Positions 1 to 9,498 of a stretch of 64,000 bases of DNA are shown here, piece by piece. Each line of letters begins with the position of its first letter. The stretch's first letter is position 1. The position numbers and the translations under genes are program-made. The stretch lies in the NCBI GenBank assembly GCA_037142195.1, contig JBAXBA010000009.1, forward strand, positions 1 through 64,000, written 5' to 3'. Below the pieces are notes generated by a model. The model made no database searches. It was given only the letters and a program-made list of their open reading frames with translations, and was not told the DNA's origin. Source of the DNA: Pseudomonadota bacterium (GTDB lineage Bacteria; Bdellovibrionota_B; Oligoflexia; Oligoflexales; CAIMVM01).

Positions 1-1
1 G

Positions 2-97
2 GGGGTACCAACCAAGATGAGGAAGGGACCATGGCAGGCGAGGTCGGTTCAGCAGATTTTGGATCGCGCATTCGAGATCATCGATGTTTCAGGGTGA
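2..97 (+). CDS. 3' end of a serine recombinase/resolvase-family protein (truncated by window edge)
   Basis: Frame 2 translated by hand: GVPTKMRKGPWQARSVQQILDRAFEIIDVSG*. Resembles the 'GxPTxxGxxWxxxxVxxIL' end of the recombinase DNA-binding domain. Not in the ORF track. Confidence 0.55.
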   Translation, partial: GVPTKMRKGPWQARSVQQILDRAFEIIDVSG

Positions 98-487
98 TTC
101 GATACGACTGACGACATCGTATTTTGTTTTCGTTCTGAGGGCTGACAAAGCCAAGATCAAGGCGAATCTAGAAAACTGCACACCGCCTTGCCTACGCCAA
201 ATCTAAAATCATAAATCAAGTTAAGACAATTCCTGCTGTATCCTAATGGACCACTCTTTCAATGTGGGAAGACTTCTTGGGCCCCCGCAGATGAACGGCT
301 TACGCTTTAACACACCTATCGGTAGTCACAGCCGCGAACAAAAGATTATCAATACGGCGCGGGAACTCTGGGACCAGGGTTTTAGTTGAAGAGATTTCAA
401 TTGGAATCAAATTCTCGCTGAAAACACGTTAAGTCAATTAGCAGGAGCTTTGTGTGCAAAAGCCAATAGAAAGAAAAAAAGATTTAG

Positions 488-745
488 TTACGCAGATCGA
501 TTATCTTTTTGCTTTCTTGCCAATTCGTAAAGGAATTCAGGGGCAAAATCTGCACCGTTCTCCCAAATGATTGTATCAAGTTCCGGTTCAAACTTTACAG
601 CCCTAAATACTTGGGGATCTTTGAGTGGCGCAAAGATCTCCCCCGTCAGCTCGTCTTTAAGATCAACAATATACGATTCGCCAGAATTAAACGTGACGCT
701 CACTTTGAATTCTTTCAAGTAATTTGCTGCAGTAATCCAAATCAT
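488..745 (-). CDS. DUF2442 family protein (DhiA-like antitoxin)
   Basis: F-x-x-G ... GEIFAPLKDPQVF ... TIIWENGADFAPEFLYE pattern; directly downstream of a DUF4160 gene. Confidence 0.85.
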   Translation of the reverse strand: MIWITAANYLKEFKVSVTFNSGESYIVDLKDELTGEIFAPLKDPQVFRAVKFEPELDTIIWENGADFAPEFLYELARKQKDNRSA

Positions 746-757
746 AAATACGTTCCT

Positions 758-1018
758 TTAAACCAAAGGTTCAATTTTATTTAGCGGTTTTTTCGCAACT
801 GCAAGATTCCAATTGAGCATGAGCTCAGCACGATGAGCAAAGGCCCACTCTAAGACCAGTGCCAAAACTTTTGGTGGTAAACTGCCATCGAGCAATTGCA
901 GCTCTGAGATAGAGAATGTCGCCCGAAATTCATTATAACGAATATGGAAATGAGGCGGCGGATGATCTCGAAAGTTCATCGAAATGATGATACCTAGAAA
1001 CCGGCTAATTTCTGGCAT
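758..1018 (-). CDS. DUF4160 family protein (DhiT-like toxin)
   Basis: MPEISRFLGIIISMNFRDHPPPHFH ... LVLEWA ... NW; GGAG RBS upstream of ATG at 1018. Confidence 0.85.
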   Translation of the reverse strand: MPEISRFLGIIISMNFRDHPPPHFHIRYNEFRATFSISELQLLDGSLPPKVLALVLEWAFAHRAELMLNWNLAVAKKPLNKIEPLV

Positions 1019-2045
1019 GGATAACTCCAACAGGATCGGTTATAGGTATTCTAAAAATCATTTCTGAATTTGGCAAATTATAAGTCACTAAAAACTGGGA
1101 TAAAAAATAGTGGCCTGCCAAACCGTCATAGATTATTTTCTGAAACATCACATCAATTCCATTTACACCGATCTCACGATTATCGGGAAGATGAACACGT
1201 CCGGGCATCTTGGTAAAGTAACGTTTGAAAGCATGTCCCGTTTCGTCTCTTCCTTCCCGTTTCCTGACACTCGTATCGGACGGTAGCAGTCCCAGAGGGG
1301 TCATAAAGCGCTCATTCAAAATAAGCGACTTGCTACCAGTATCGACCTCTACAGAGACTTGACCACCATTTGGCAGCACCAGCGGCATGAAAATACCGAG
1401 CGCATTGCCATCAATATCTAACTTTACCGGAAGTATATTCCCCTTTGAACGAATGGTCTTTAAAGACCCAGCAGTTTCAAGAACGATATTTTTATTAACG
1501 TAGTCTACTGTAAAAGCAGCATCGCGAAAAAAACCAAGTGACAGAAATCCACCAATATTCGAACCAGGAATATATTTTTCGACATCAAGAATGCCGACAG
1601 GCGCATCACTTACATGTAAGCTGCCAAGAGCCAAAGATTTTACAGAAGATATAGGAACGGTCATTGTTTGACCCGACATTCGTTTGCCAGTATGCGTGTC
1701 GGTCGATTTGCATTTTAGCTGGTCACAAATTGATTTAGAAATCATAGTGATGCCAATTCCGGTATCCAGAATGAAATCCTTCGTAATCGAATCGTTTATC
1801 TTAACCGGAATAACAATGATCCCATCGTCAAGATATTTAAAAGGGACTATATTTTCTGAATTCATAGCATGAGTGCTTGAGGGGTAAAAAGGGTTCTGGC
1901 TAGGAGTTGTACAACTCTGAGAAAAAATAGAAAGCGGAAATGCAAATATAAATAAATGGTTCAGAATTAACTTTGAGAAGTTCGCTATCACAAAATGGCA
2001 AATTGAACTCATTGATAAATCAGTCTCAATTTTCATTTTTACCAA
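1005..2045 (-). CDS. Exported aspartyl protease with two retropepsin-like domains
   Basis: Two DTG motifs (FILDTGIG, VEVDTGSK), each followed by a GxLG-like motif (GFLSLGFF, DGLAGHYFL); hydrophobic N-terminus; true start uncertain. Confidence 0.8.
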   Translation of the reverse strand: MVKMKIETDLSMSSICHFVIANFSKLILNHLFIFAFPLSIFSQSCTTPSQNPFYPSSTHAMNSENIVPFKYLDDGIIVIPVKINDSITKDFILDTGIGITMISKSICDQLKCKSTDTHTGKRMSGQTMTVPISSVKSLALGSLHVSDAPVGILDVEKYIPGSNIGGFLSLGFFRDAAFTVDYVNKNIVLETAGSLKTIRSKGNILPVKLDIDGNALGIFMPLVLPNGGQVSVEVDTGSKSLILNERFMTPLGLLPSDTSVRKREGRDETGHAFKRYFTKMPGRVHLPDNREIGVNGIDVMFQKIIYDGLAGHYFLSQFLVTYNLPNSEMIFRIPITDPVGVIHARN

Positions 2046-2067
2046 TTAAATCAGCTTGTTGGTTGAA

Positions 2068-2144
2068 TGGGGTGACCAGTGGGGATTGAACCCACGTATG
2101 CCGGAATCACAATCCGGTGCGTTAACCGCTTCGCCATGATCACC
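2068..2144 (-). tRNA. tRNA-His(GTG)
   Basis: Reverse complement folds as a cloverleaf with anticodon arm CCGGA-TTGTGAT-TCCGG, T-arm GGTTCAATCCC, encoded CCA and extra G-1. Confidence 0.95.
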
Positions 2145-2155
2145 ATACGGCGGCG

Positions 2156-2185
2156 AAGATAGCTAAAAAGGGCGCTTACTGTCAA
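2156..2185 (-). promoter_or_regulatory. sigma70-type promoter for tRNA-His
   Basis: TTGACA-N18-TATCTT followed by GC-rich discriminator CGCCGCCG. Confidence 0.6.
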
Positions 2186-2200
2186 CTAGATTAGTAAGAT

Positions 2201-3148
2201 CTAGGGTATTAATACCAATTTTCGCCTCTCGCGCTCAATCTCTAGCCAACGGCGTGTTTGGGAGTCAATTTCCTTTGCTCTAAGATCATTCTCAATTTCT
2301 TCCTTTTTAGCCATAAAGTTGCTATCACCTGAAAGCTCTTGCTTTTCCACTTGGAAGATAAAAGCCTGTTTGCCGACCTGAACCACCTCAGAGACATCCC
2401 CAATCCCAAGAGATGAAATCGCCTGCCGAATGGAACCCACAACATCGGAAGTTTTAAGGTCTTTTAGGGTAGTCTGAGCATCCGCATAAACCTTCGCCAA
2501 ATTCATAAAATCTTCACCTTTTTTGGCCCTTAAAACGACGTCTTTTGCTGTTTTTAGCTTAGAAGCATCAAGATTCGGGTTTCCCGTTAATTGAAAGCTC
2601 ATTTGCTTTAAGTCGACTCGAGCAGACTGGGCTGAGTTGCCTGATACCTTCAAATAATGACTTTGAATGTCGCGCTCTGTAATTTTTACTAGGGGCATAA
2701 TGACTCGACCCTGAAATCGCCTGACAATCATTTGATGCTTAAAGTCTTCTTTATACTGGTCGTAGGTCTTGCCTTGTTGCTTAAGAAAATCGTCTAAGGC
2801 TTTCTTGTCGGCGCCTTGCGATGAAAGGAGCTTTGAAATTTGGGATTCTAAATCTGCTTCTTCCACGTTGAGCTCAAGTTCATCCGCCTTCTTTAACACC
2901 AATTTAACATTAATAAGGTCATTTAATGCTCTTTGATTCTGCGGGCTGCTTTCTTCAGAAGGCCAATCTGAAAGAGCTACTAGGGGACCCTTTTTAATTT
3001 TTTCATCCACTTCACTTTGAAGAATCGGCACCCCATCAACGACGGCTACTACCCGATCAATAAGAGTAGCTGCAAGTAGGGATGAGCTTAAAAAGATGCA
3101 GAAGTAGCCCACCGCACATCGTAAGTTCTTAAAGCTAACAACACCCAT
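2201..3148 (-). CDS. SurA-like periplasmic chaperone/PPIase
   Basis: Signal peptide then IDRVVAVVDGVPILQSEV (SurA N-domain) and a degenerate parvulin domain. Confidence 0.8.
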   Translation of the reverse strand: MGVVSFKNLRCAVGYFCIFLSSSLLAATLIDRVVAVVDGVPILQSEVDEKIKKGPLVALSDWPSEESSPQNQRALNDLINVKLVLKKADELELNVEEADLESQISKLLSSQGADKKALDDFLKQQGKTYDQYKEDFKHQMIVRRFQGRVIMPLVKITERDIQSHYLKVSGNSAQSARVDLKQMSFQLTGNPNLDASKLKTAKDVVLRAKKGEDFMNLAKVYADAQTTLKDLKTSDVVGSIRQAISSLGIGDVSEVVQVGKQAFIFQVEKQELSGDSNFMAKKEEIENDLRAKEIDSQTRRWLEIERERRKLVLIP

Positions 3149-4080
3149 TTTTTACGCTCCTCTGCTTTTTTTTCTTTTAATAAATCTCTAGCTATTCTGT
3201 CTTCAGCTTCAATAGTGTCAAATCCTGTCGATTTACCTTTTTTAATGAGCTGCACAATATGAAAGCCATAAGGGGTTTTAATAATGTCACTAATTTGCCC
3301 CGGCTGCATTGAAAATGCTACGTCGAAGATGGAAGCAAGATCTGATCTCTTTAAGTCATTCAGCAACCCGCCGTTTTTGCCTTCAGGTGCTATAGATTTT
3401 TCTTTAGCTACGCTACTAAAATTGCTGGATGTTAAGGTCAGTTTGACCCCTTTCGCATCTTCTTCAGTTGCCAAAAGAATCTGTTTTATGGTCACCATGG
3501 GCTCTAATGCACTGTTATTTCTGCGTTTATTAAGTTCTTGTGCAATCTCCTTAGGAGTTACTTTGAGGTCTTTGGTCAATCTATCTGAGATGTAACTTTC
3601 AATTAACGAGCTTTCACAAAGCTTCTCCCTTAATAGGGTCTGAAAAAGAGGATTTGTTTTTATAAACTCGTTAGTTTTAATGATACTTGCCGCCGTTTCA
3701 GTGCATTCCGTATACAGCTCTGGAGCAGTCTTATCAAAATATTTATCCCGCCCAATCATCTGAAGGAGCAATTTACGCTCGATGAGCTGCCTAAGGACTT
3801 GTTCTTTAAGCCCAAGGGAAACCTTAGTAGCTTCGCCCTCGGTCAATTGAGAAAGATCGTCATAAACCCCAATGCGGGCGAACTCCACTTCAAAGTCGAT
3901 GGCGGTGCTAGAGATTCTTTCATCCCCCGCAATGGCTATAGTTTGAAGTCGGGAATCTAGAACTTTGCCGGCGCCAGAAATTTCTGAAAGAGGTCGCCAG
4001 GATGGCCTTGGTTTGGCAATAAACCTTCCCATAAGCAAGCCTAAACCGAGGCAAAGGAGCGCTACATATCTAAACTTCAT
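3088..4080 (-). CDS. PpiC-type peptidyl-prolyl isomerase
   Basis: FSSVAKEKSIAPEGKNGGLL ... FSMQPGQISDIIKTPYGFHIV parvulin signature. Confidence 0.85.
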   Translation of the reverse strand: MKFRYVALLCLGLGLLMGRFIAKPRPSWRPLSEISGAGKVLDSRLQTIAIAGDERISSTAIDFEVEFARIGVYDDLSQLTEGEATKVSLGLKEQVLRQLIERKLLLQMIGRDKYFDKTAPELYTECTETAASIIKTNEFIKTNPLFQTLLREKLCESSLIESYISDRLTKDLKVTPKEIAQELNKRRNNSALEPMVTIKQILLATEEDAKGVKLTLTSSNFSSVAKEKSIAPEGKNGGLLNDLKRSDLASIFDVAFSMQPGQISDIIKTPYGFHIVQLIKKGKSTGFDTIEAEDRIARDLLKEKKAEERKKWVLLALRTYDVRWATSASF

Positions 4081-7000
4081 GGCGAGTTTCTCCAGCTGCT
4101 AATTTAAGCCGATAGATGATATCTGGCAATTCGCTGGCCTTAGGGAGAGTCATCCTAAAGTCAGGCAAAATCCGAAATAGGTTGGAATTCTTTTGAGAAA
4201 GATCAATGAGATGGGTTAATCGACTAGAGTCTAGGGGTCCAAATTTGATTTCAGGTGTGCCAGTTACATTTTTGGTGATCATCTGGGCCCCCATGCTCTT
4301 AAGCAAAATTCGAATCCTCCCCACGTCAAAAAGACTTTCGAATTCATCGCTAGGCGGACCAAATCGATCTGTTACTTCCTCTCTAATATCCTCGAGCACT
4401 TCCAAACTAGAAGACTTAAAAATATATCGATAGTATTTAATTCGTTCCGCTTCATCGGCTATCACCTCTGCAGGAATGAATGCCGAAATACCTAGTTTTA
4501 TCTCTGGCTCGATTTCCACAGGCTCTTCATCCCCAGCCAGTTTTTTAAGTTCGGTAGACAAAAGCCTGGAATAAAGTTCAATACCTACACTCTCTACAAA
4601 ACCAGACTGCTCAGCACCCAGCACATTGCCTGCACCTCGTATTTCTAAATCTCGACTTGAAACATAGAAGCCTGACCCAAGCTCTTGATGCCCCATAATA
4701 GCATCCAGGCGCGCTTGAGCCTCCTTAGACAGGCCGTGTTCTTCTGGAATGATCAAGTAAGCAAAACCCTGAACATTAGACCTTCCTACCCTGCCGCGAA
4801 GTTGATACAGCTGCGAAAGTCCAAATTGATGGGCATTATTTATAATTATCGTATTTACATTAGGAATATCAACGCCCGACTCAATAATTGCCGTCGCCAA
4901 GAGGATGTTGAATTTTTGATCTAGAAAATCAACCATGATACGTTCAAGATCCCCCGCATCGAGTTTTCCATGGGCGATTCGCACACTTGCCTCCGGGACA
5001 ATGTCTCGAATCCTGGATTCAATGATGCCGATATCTTCAATACGATTATGGACCACAAAAATCTGGCCTCCACGATTGAGCTCGAGCCTAATGGCATCTG
5101 AGATAAGATCTTGGTCCCACTTCGCTAAAAAGTTACGAACCGGAATTCGGTTTTTAGGCGGTGTGGAAAGCAACGAGACCTCTTTAAGACCCGCGGTAGC
5201 CATATGCAGAGTCCTAGGTATGGGCGTTGCGGAAAGCGTTAAAACGTCAGAAGTCCCTCTTAACTTCTTAATATTTTCTTTATGCCCTACACCAAATTTT
5301 TGTTCTTCATCCACCACCAAGAGACCCAAGTTTTCAGGCTCTATTTTCTTACCCAAGAGAATATGGGTGCCTATCAATACATCGATCTGTCCGAGCGTAA
5401 AGGCCGTGAGTGTCTTTTCTTTTTCGGAAGGTTTCACAAACCGATTGAGGTGCGCCACCCTTACACCGAAGGGAGCCATTCTCGCCCTAAAAGTCGCATA
5501 GTGCTGGTGGGAGAGTATCGTCGTAGGACATATCATAAGGACTTGTTTGCCCTCTAAGACACATCTATAGGCAGCACGAATGGCCAATTCTGTTTTTCCA
5601 AAACCTACATCTCCGATAACTAATCGATCCATGAGCATGGGCGAAACTAGGTCACTTTCGATGTCTTCTAACGCGAGAAGTTGGTCATTAGTTTCTTGAA
5701 AGGGGAACTCTCGACAAAACCTCAAGTATAAGTCGCTGGGTTGTCCATAAGGAGTATGCTTTGTTGCTTTGCGCTGGGCTTGAATTTTAAGCAATTCTTC
5801 TGCGGCTATTTTAGCAGATGTGCGGGCCTTTTCCCGCCGCTTAAACCAACCTAGACCTGAAAGTTTATCTAGGGATACCGGTGAGTCCGATTCCGAAAAC
5901 TTCTCCAACTTACTCAAGCCCGTCACAGGGACATAGATCTTGTCACCATCTAAATATTCAATTGCTAAACAATCAAGTGTCATGCCCCCAACGCTCATGA
6001 GCACATTACCTAAAAACTTCCCAATCCCGTGATCTTCATGGGCCACAAAGTCCCCATGACGAAGGCTTCTCACATCAAGAGCCAAGGAAGATTTTCTCTT
6101 GGCCTTTTTTTCCCATTGATCATGGACAAGCAAGTCGCTGGGGAGAAAAGTAACAGATTTTCCCGTGCTAAAAGTCGTTTGATCAGTCCAAATACCTAAA
6201 ACGAGATGCACGCCACCTAAAGGCAAAATTTTAAAGGCGTCTAAAATAGATTCATGCCTTCCTGCAATTTCTATATTCAGATCTTTTAAAATATTTTCTA
6301 CTCGGCCAAGTCTGGAAGGAGTTTCACAGAAAATAGCCCATGTATCGTCTTTATGAACCTTGATAACATGAAATAAGTCTTTGCTCGTAAGATGGGGCAA
6401 TGGCCCGGAATTTTTGCTCTGAACGGGAGGAGCAATCTCAGGGCGAGAGGAAGTCAGCCCCCCCAGAACTAAAGTTCCCATGCTATCGAGTACTTGGGCA
6501 AGACTATCACTGCGTTCCCGCAATGCCATGCCATACTTAGCGATCAAAGGAGGAGCGAAGGTTCTAAGTTTAGTCTCTTGAGCGCCCAGAGCCCGCTCAA
6601 GAGCTAGACTCATGAGTGAGGCAGGTTCGCTTTCCAGAAGCCATACCGGTTCAACTAAGAAGTCTAAAAGGCCACTTTTTGGAATTTCTGAAGACTCAAA
6701 ATACTTCCCGAGCTGGGGCAGATTGCGGCGTGTTTCGAAGCTGGCTAGCAGGGCATTACGGTCTGCCAAGGACAGGTTTGTATCTAGAAGGATTTCATAA
6801 AACATCTGGAGCACTTCTTGATCGATCTCACTCGGACAAAGAAATTCGGAGTAAGGTGAAATAGAAATTGTGCTAGCTGTCGCAATGCTTCTTTGGGTTT
6901 CAATGGAAAAGACTTTGATGGTGGAAATGGTGTCGTCAAAGAACTCAATGCGATAGGGATCGCTAAATCCCACCGGAAACACATCTAAAATAGAGCCCCT

Positions 7001-7549
7001 AAGGTAAAATGTTCCAGGCTCTTCCACTCTAGACACCTTAGAGTAGCCAAAAGACAAAAATTTAAGCATCAGTTCTTCTGGGCTAAACTCAGCACCGGCA
7101 CCAATACAAAGATTTGTTTTCGAAAACCAATCTTTGCTTGTGGTTAAGCTGAGAAGAGCATCGGCTGTGGTTGAAATCACTACTTTTTCACGGTTCATAA
7201 GTCCGGCCAGAGTCGACATTCTCTCGGCAATCAAAACTGATAGTGCAGAATGCCGTTGATCGCTCCAATAGTCCAAATAGGCCCAATGATAAAATCTATA
7301 GGCTGAGCCTTTGAGGGTGGAATCGAGCCACTCTTTAGTGAGCCTGGCATCCTTTGCATGCTGGTGCACAATCACAACGCACTTTTCGCTTGCGTCAGAA
7401 AGCATTCCAAGGAGACCTACCCTAAATTCCTCAGGCCATTTCAGTCGTAGCTTGGACGGACTTTTATCCCAACATCTTAAAACATCGGGGAGACTTATTT
7501 CCTTTTCATTCCAAGATGGCATATGATCATTCCATGTAGATTTGCCCAT
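4070..7549 (-). CDS. mfd: Transcription-repair coupling factor
   Basis: UvrB-homology region (RGSILDVFP), RID (HEDHGIGKF), GDVGFGKTE, DEEQKFG, SATPIPRTL, QLRGRVGRS, DLEIRGAGN. Confidence 0.97.
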   Translation of the reverse strand: MGKSTWNDHMPSWNEKEISLPDVLRCWDKSPSKLRLKWPEEFRVGLLGMLSDASEKCVVIVHQHAKDARLTKEWLDSTLKGSAYRFYHWAYLDYWSDQRHSALSVLIAERMSTLAGLMNREKVVISTTADALLSLTTSKDWFSKTNLCIGAGAEFSPEELMLKFLSFGYSKVSRVEEPGTFYLRGSILDVFPVGFSDPYRIEFFDDTISTIKVFSIETQRSIATASTISISPYSEFLCPSEIDQEVLQMFYEILLDTNLSLADRNALLASFETRRNLPQLGKYFESSEIPKSGLLDFLVEPVWLLESEPASLMSLALERALGAQETKLRTFAPPLIAKYGMALRERSDSLAQVLDSMGTLVLGGLTSSRPEIAPPVQSKNSGPLPHLTSKDLFHVIKVHKDDTWAIFCETPSRLGRVENILKDLNIEIAGRHESILDAFKILPLGGVHLVLGIWTDQTTFSTGKSVTFLPSDLLVHDQWEKKAKRKSSLALDVRSLRHGDFVAHEDHGIGKFLGNVLMSVGGMTLDCLAIEYLDGDKIYVPVTGLSKLEKFSESDSPVSLDKLSGLGWFKRREKARTSAKIAAEELLKIQAQRKATKHTPYGQPSDLYLRFCREFPFQETNDQLLALEDIESDLVSPMLMDRLVIGDVGFGKTELAIRAAYRCVLEGKQVLMICPTTILSHQHYATFRARMAPFGVRVAHLNRFVKPSEKEKTLTAFTLGQIDVLIGTHILLGKKIEPENLGLLVVDEEQKFGVGHKENIKKLRGTSDVLTLSATPIPRTLHMATAGLKEVSLLSTPPKNRIPVRNFLAKWDQDLISDAIRLELNRGGQIFVVHNRIEDIGIIESRIRDIVPEASVRIAHGKLDAGDLERIMVDFLDQKFNILLATAIIESGVDIPNVNTIIINNAHQFGLSQLYQLRGRVGRSNVQGFAYLIIPEEHGLSKEAQARLDAIMGHQELGSGFYVSSRDLEIRGAGNVLGAEQSGFVESVGIELYSRLLSTELKKLAGDEEPVEIEPEIKLGISAFIPAEVIADEAERIKYYRYIFKSSSLEVLEDIREEVTDRFGPPSDEFESLFDVGRIRILLKSMGAQMITKNVTGTPEIKFGPLDSSRLTHLIDLSQKNSNLFRILPDFRMTLPKASELPDIIYRLKLAAGETRHEV

Positions 7550-7574
7550 TATAGTTTACCATTGCAGGATAATT

Positions 7575-8555
7575 ATGAGTAATAAAGAAAGCATGAAGCA
7601 ATTTTTAACTGATGCTGGCATTGAACTACCTATTTTGTGTGGAGCGATGTATCCGTGCTCAAATTTAAATCTGATAGCTGCTGTTTCCGAGTCAGGCGGC
7701 ATGGGAATATTGCAGCCGGTTACCACGACCTATGTAGAAAAGATAGAATTCTCTGAAGCCTTAACCCAATTAAGGTCTATGACTTCAAAACCGATTGGCA
7801 TGAACTGCTTAATTGAGGGTAAAAATGAGAAGTATTTAAAGCGCATGAGCGCTTGGATTGACCAAGCTCTATCCCATGGAGTTCGCTTTTTTGTGACCTC
7901 GCTTGGAAACCCTAAGTGGGTCGTCGATAAAGTGGCGCCATTTGGCGGAAAGGTTTACCACGACATCACGGACATTCGCTGGGCAAAGAAAGTTGCCGAC
8001 GTGGGGATTCACGGATTTATTTGTGTTAATAATCGTGCTGGCGGGCATGCGGGCGATAAGTCCTCTGAAACTCTCATTAAAGATTTTGCAAAGCTGGGCC
8101 TACCTGTGCTTTGTGCCGGGGGAGTTTCCACCCCACAAGACTTTCGTCACGCCCTTGACTTGGGGTATGCTGGAGTTCAAATGGGCACCCGGTTTATTGC
8201 TACGACGGAATGCTTTGCCCATAAAGAATATAAGGATGCCATCGTAAAAGCCGAGGAGTCTGATATTGTACTGACAGATCTTATAAGCGGCGTCCCGGTA
8301 GCAGTCATCAACACCCCCTATATCGAAAGAGTCGGCACCAAAGCTGGGCCGATTCTCAAATGGCTCCTCAAAAATGAAAAAACCAAGCATAAAGCACGGT
8401 CATTCCTGTTTCTAAAAAGCATCTGGCAACTCCCTCAGGCCGCCCGCAAGGGAAGTCGCTATAATGACTATTGGCAGGCTGGCCAAAGCGTCAAGGGTAT
8501 CGACGCTGTAGAACCGGTCTCAAAAATCATGCAGAGTTTCCGAAACGTGCTCTAA
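7575..8555 (+). CDS. Nitronate monooxygenase / FabK-like flavin oxidoreductase
   Basis: PILCGAM, AGGHAG, PVLCAGG, GVQMGTRFIATTEC, QAGQSV; start at ATG 7575 (AGGA RBS). Confidence 0.9.
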   Translation: MSNKESMKQFLTDAGIELPILCGAMYPCSNLNLIAAVSESGGMGILQPVTTTYVEKIEFSEALTQLRSMTSKPIGMNCLIEGKNEKYLKRMSAWIDQALSHGVRFFVTSLGNPKWVVDKVAPFGGKVYHDITDIRWAKKVADVGIHGFICVNNRAGGHAGDKSSETLIKDFAKLGLPVLCAGGVSTPQDFRHALDLGYAGVQMGTRFIATTECFAHKEYKDAIVKAEESDIVLTDLISGVPVAVINTPYIERVGTKAGPILKWLLKNEKTKHKARSFLFLKSIWQLPQAARKGSRYNDYWQAGQSVKGIDAVEPVSKIMQSFRNVL

Positions 8556-8582
8556 GAGGCATTTTGCTTTGCCTCTCTTATT
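8555..8582 (+). terminator. Probable intrinsic terminator
   Basis: AGAGGCA-N8-TGCCTCT hairpin followed by a T-rich tract. Confidence 0.45.
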
Positions 8583-8713
8583 GTTATTAGGCCGCTATTT
8601 TTTTAGTAAGTCATCCCGCGGAAATTAAGGTAATTCCTTCGTCTTGCCCCATAAACTTGTGCTTTTTTTGGAAAAGTTGTAGCATCAGCTCTTACTTTAA
8701 AGAGGAGTCTCTC

Positions 8714-9295
8714 ATGGCCTTTACTCTGCCACCACTACCCTATGCAACCGATGCTCTAGTTCCCCATTTTTCTAAAGAAACTCTTGAATTTCATCATGGT
8801 AAACATCACAACGCCTATGTCGTTAAGTTGAACGAACTCGTTCCTGGGACCAAATTTGAACACTCTACCCTGGAAGAAATCATTTTATCGGCTGAAGGTC
8901 CGATCTATAATCAGGCCGCTCAAATTTGGAATCACACCTTTTTTTGGAATTGCCTAACCCCCAAGAGCTCGGGTAAGCCTAGCGGTAAATTGTTAAGTGC
9001 TATTGAATCCACATGGGGTTCCTTCGAAGCCTTCAAAACTGAATATACTGCTAAGACGATTGCGGTCTTTGGCTCAGGTTGGTCGTTTCTTGCAAAAGAC
9101 AAAGATGGTAAGCTTGTGATAACTCAGGAAGGTGCTGCTGGAAACCCTATGAAACAAGGTCTTAAACCAGTTCTCACCTGTGATGTTTGGGAACACGCTT
9201 ATTATATAGATTTTAGAAATCTAAGACCTAAGTATCTTGAAGCCTTTTGGGCTCTCGTGAATTGGGATTTTGCATCTAAGAATTTTGAAGGCTAG
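8714..9295 (+). CDS. sodB: Fe/Mn superoxide dismutase (Fe-type likely)
   Basis: FTLPPLPY, HHGKHHNAY, AAQIWNHTFFW, DVWEHAYY; GAGGAG RBS. Confidence 0.95.
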   Translation: MAFTLPPLPYATDALVPHFSKETLEFHHGKHHNAYVVKLNELVPGTKFEHSTLEEIILSAEGPIYNQAAQIWNHTFFWNCLTPKSSGKPSGKLLSAIESTWGSFEAFKTEYTAKTIAVFGSGWSFLAKDKDGKLVITQEGAAGNPMKQGLKPVLTCDVWEHAYYIDFRNLRPKYLEAFWALVNWDFASKNFEG

Positions 9296-9345
9296 TCCGC
9301 CATTCCATTGTTTTTGATGGCCATCTCATGTTTAGTTGCTATTTT

Positions 9346-9387
9346 AGCGCCTTATTTTTTGAAACATTTGTCAAAAAATAAGGCGCT
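9346..9387. terminator. 17-bp perfect inverted repeat; likely bidirectional terminator between convergent sodB and gpsA
   Basis: AGCGCCTTATTTTTTGA-N8-TCAAAAAATAAGGCGCT. Confidence 0.7.
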
Positions 9388-9498
9388 TTCTCGTATTAAT
9401 TTAAGAATATTAGTGGCCGCAAAAATGCGGGTCCATTTCATCGAGTCCGTCTCAAACGATGATAATAAAATTATTTTCACCTACATGGGTACTTAGGA

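Noticed and set aside
4206..7526. Antisense and alternate-frame ORFs in the track (also inside gldG, pilC, ppk1, slt, mgtA and the mutase)
   Set aside because: They lie wholly within well-supported genes and have no motifs; treated as shadow ORFs
9308..9496. 62-aa ORF after sodB
   Set aside because: Runs through the 17-bp terminator palindrome; TTG start with no RBS
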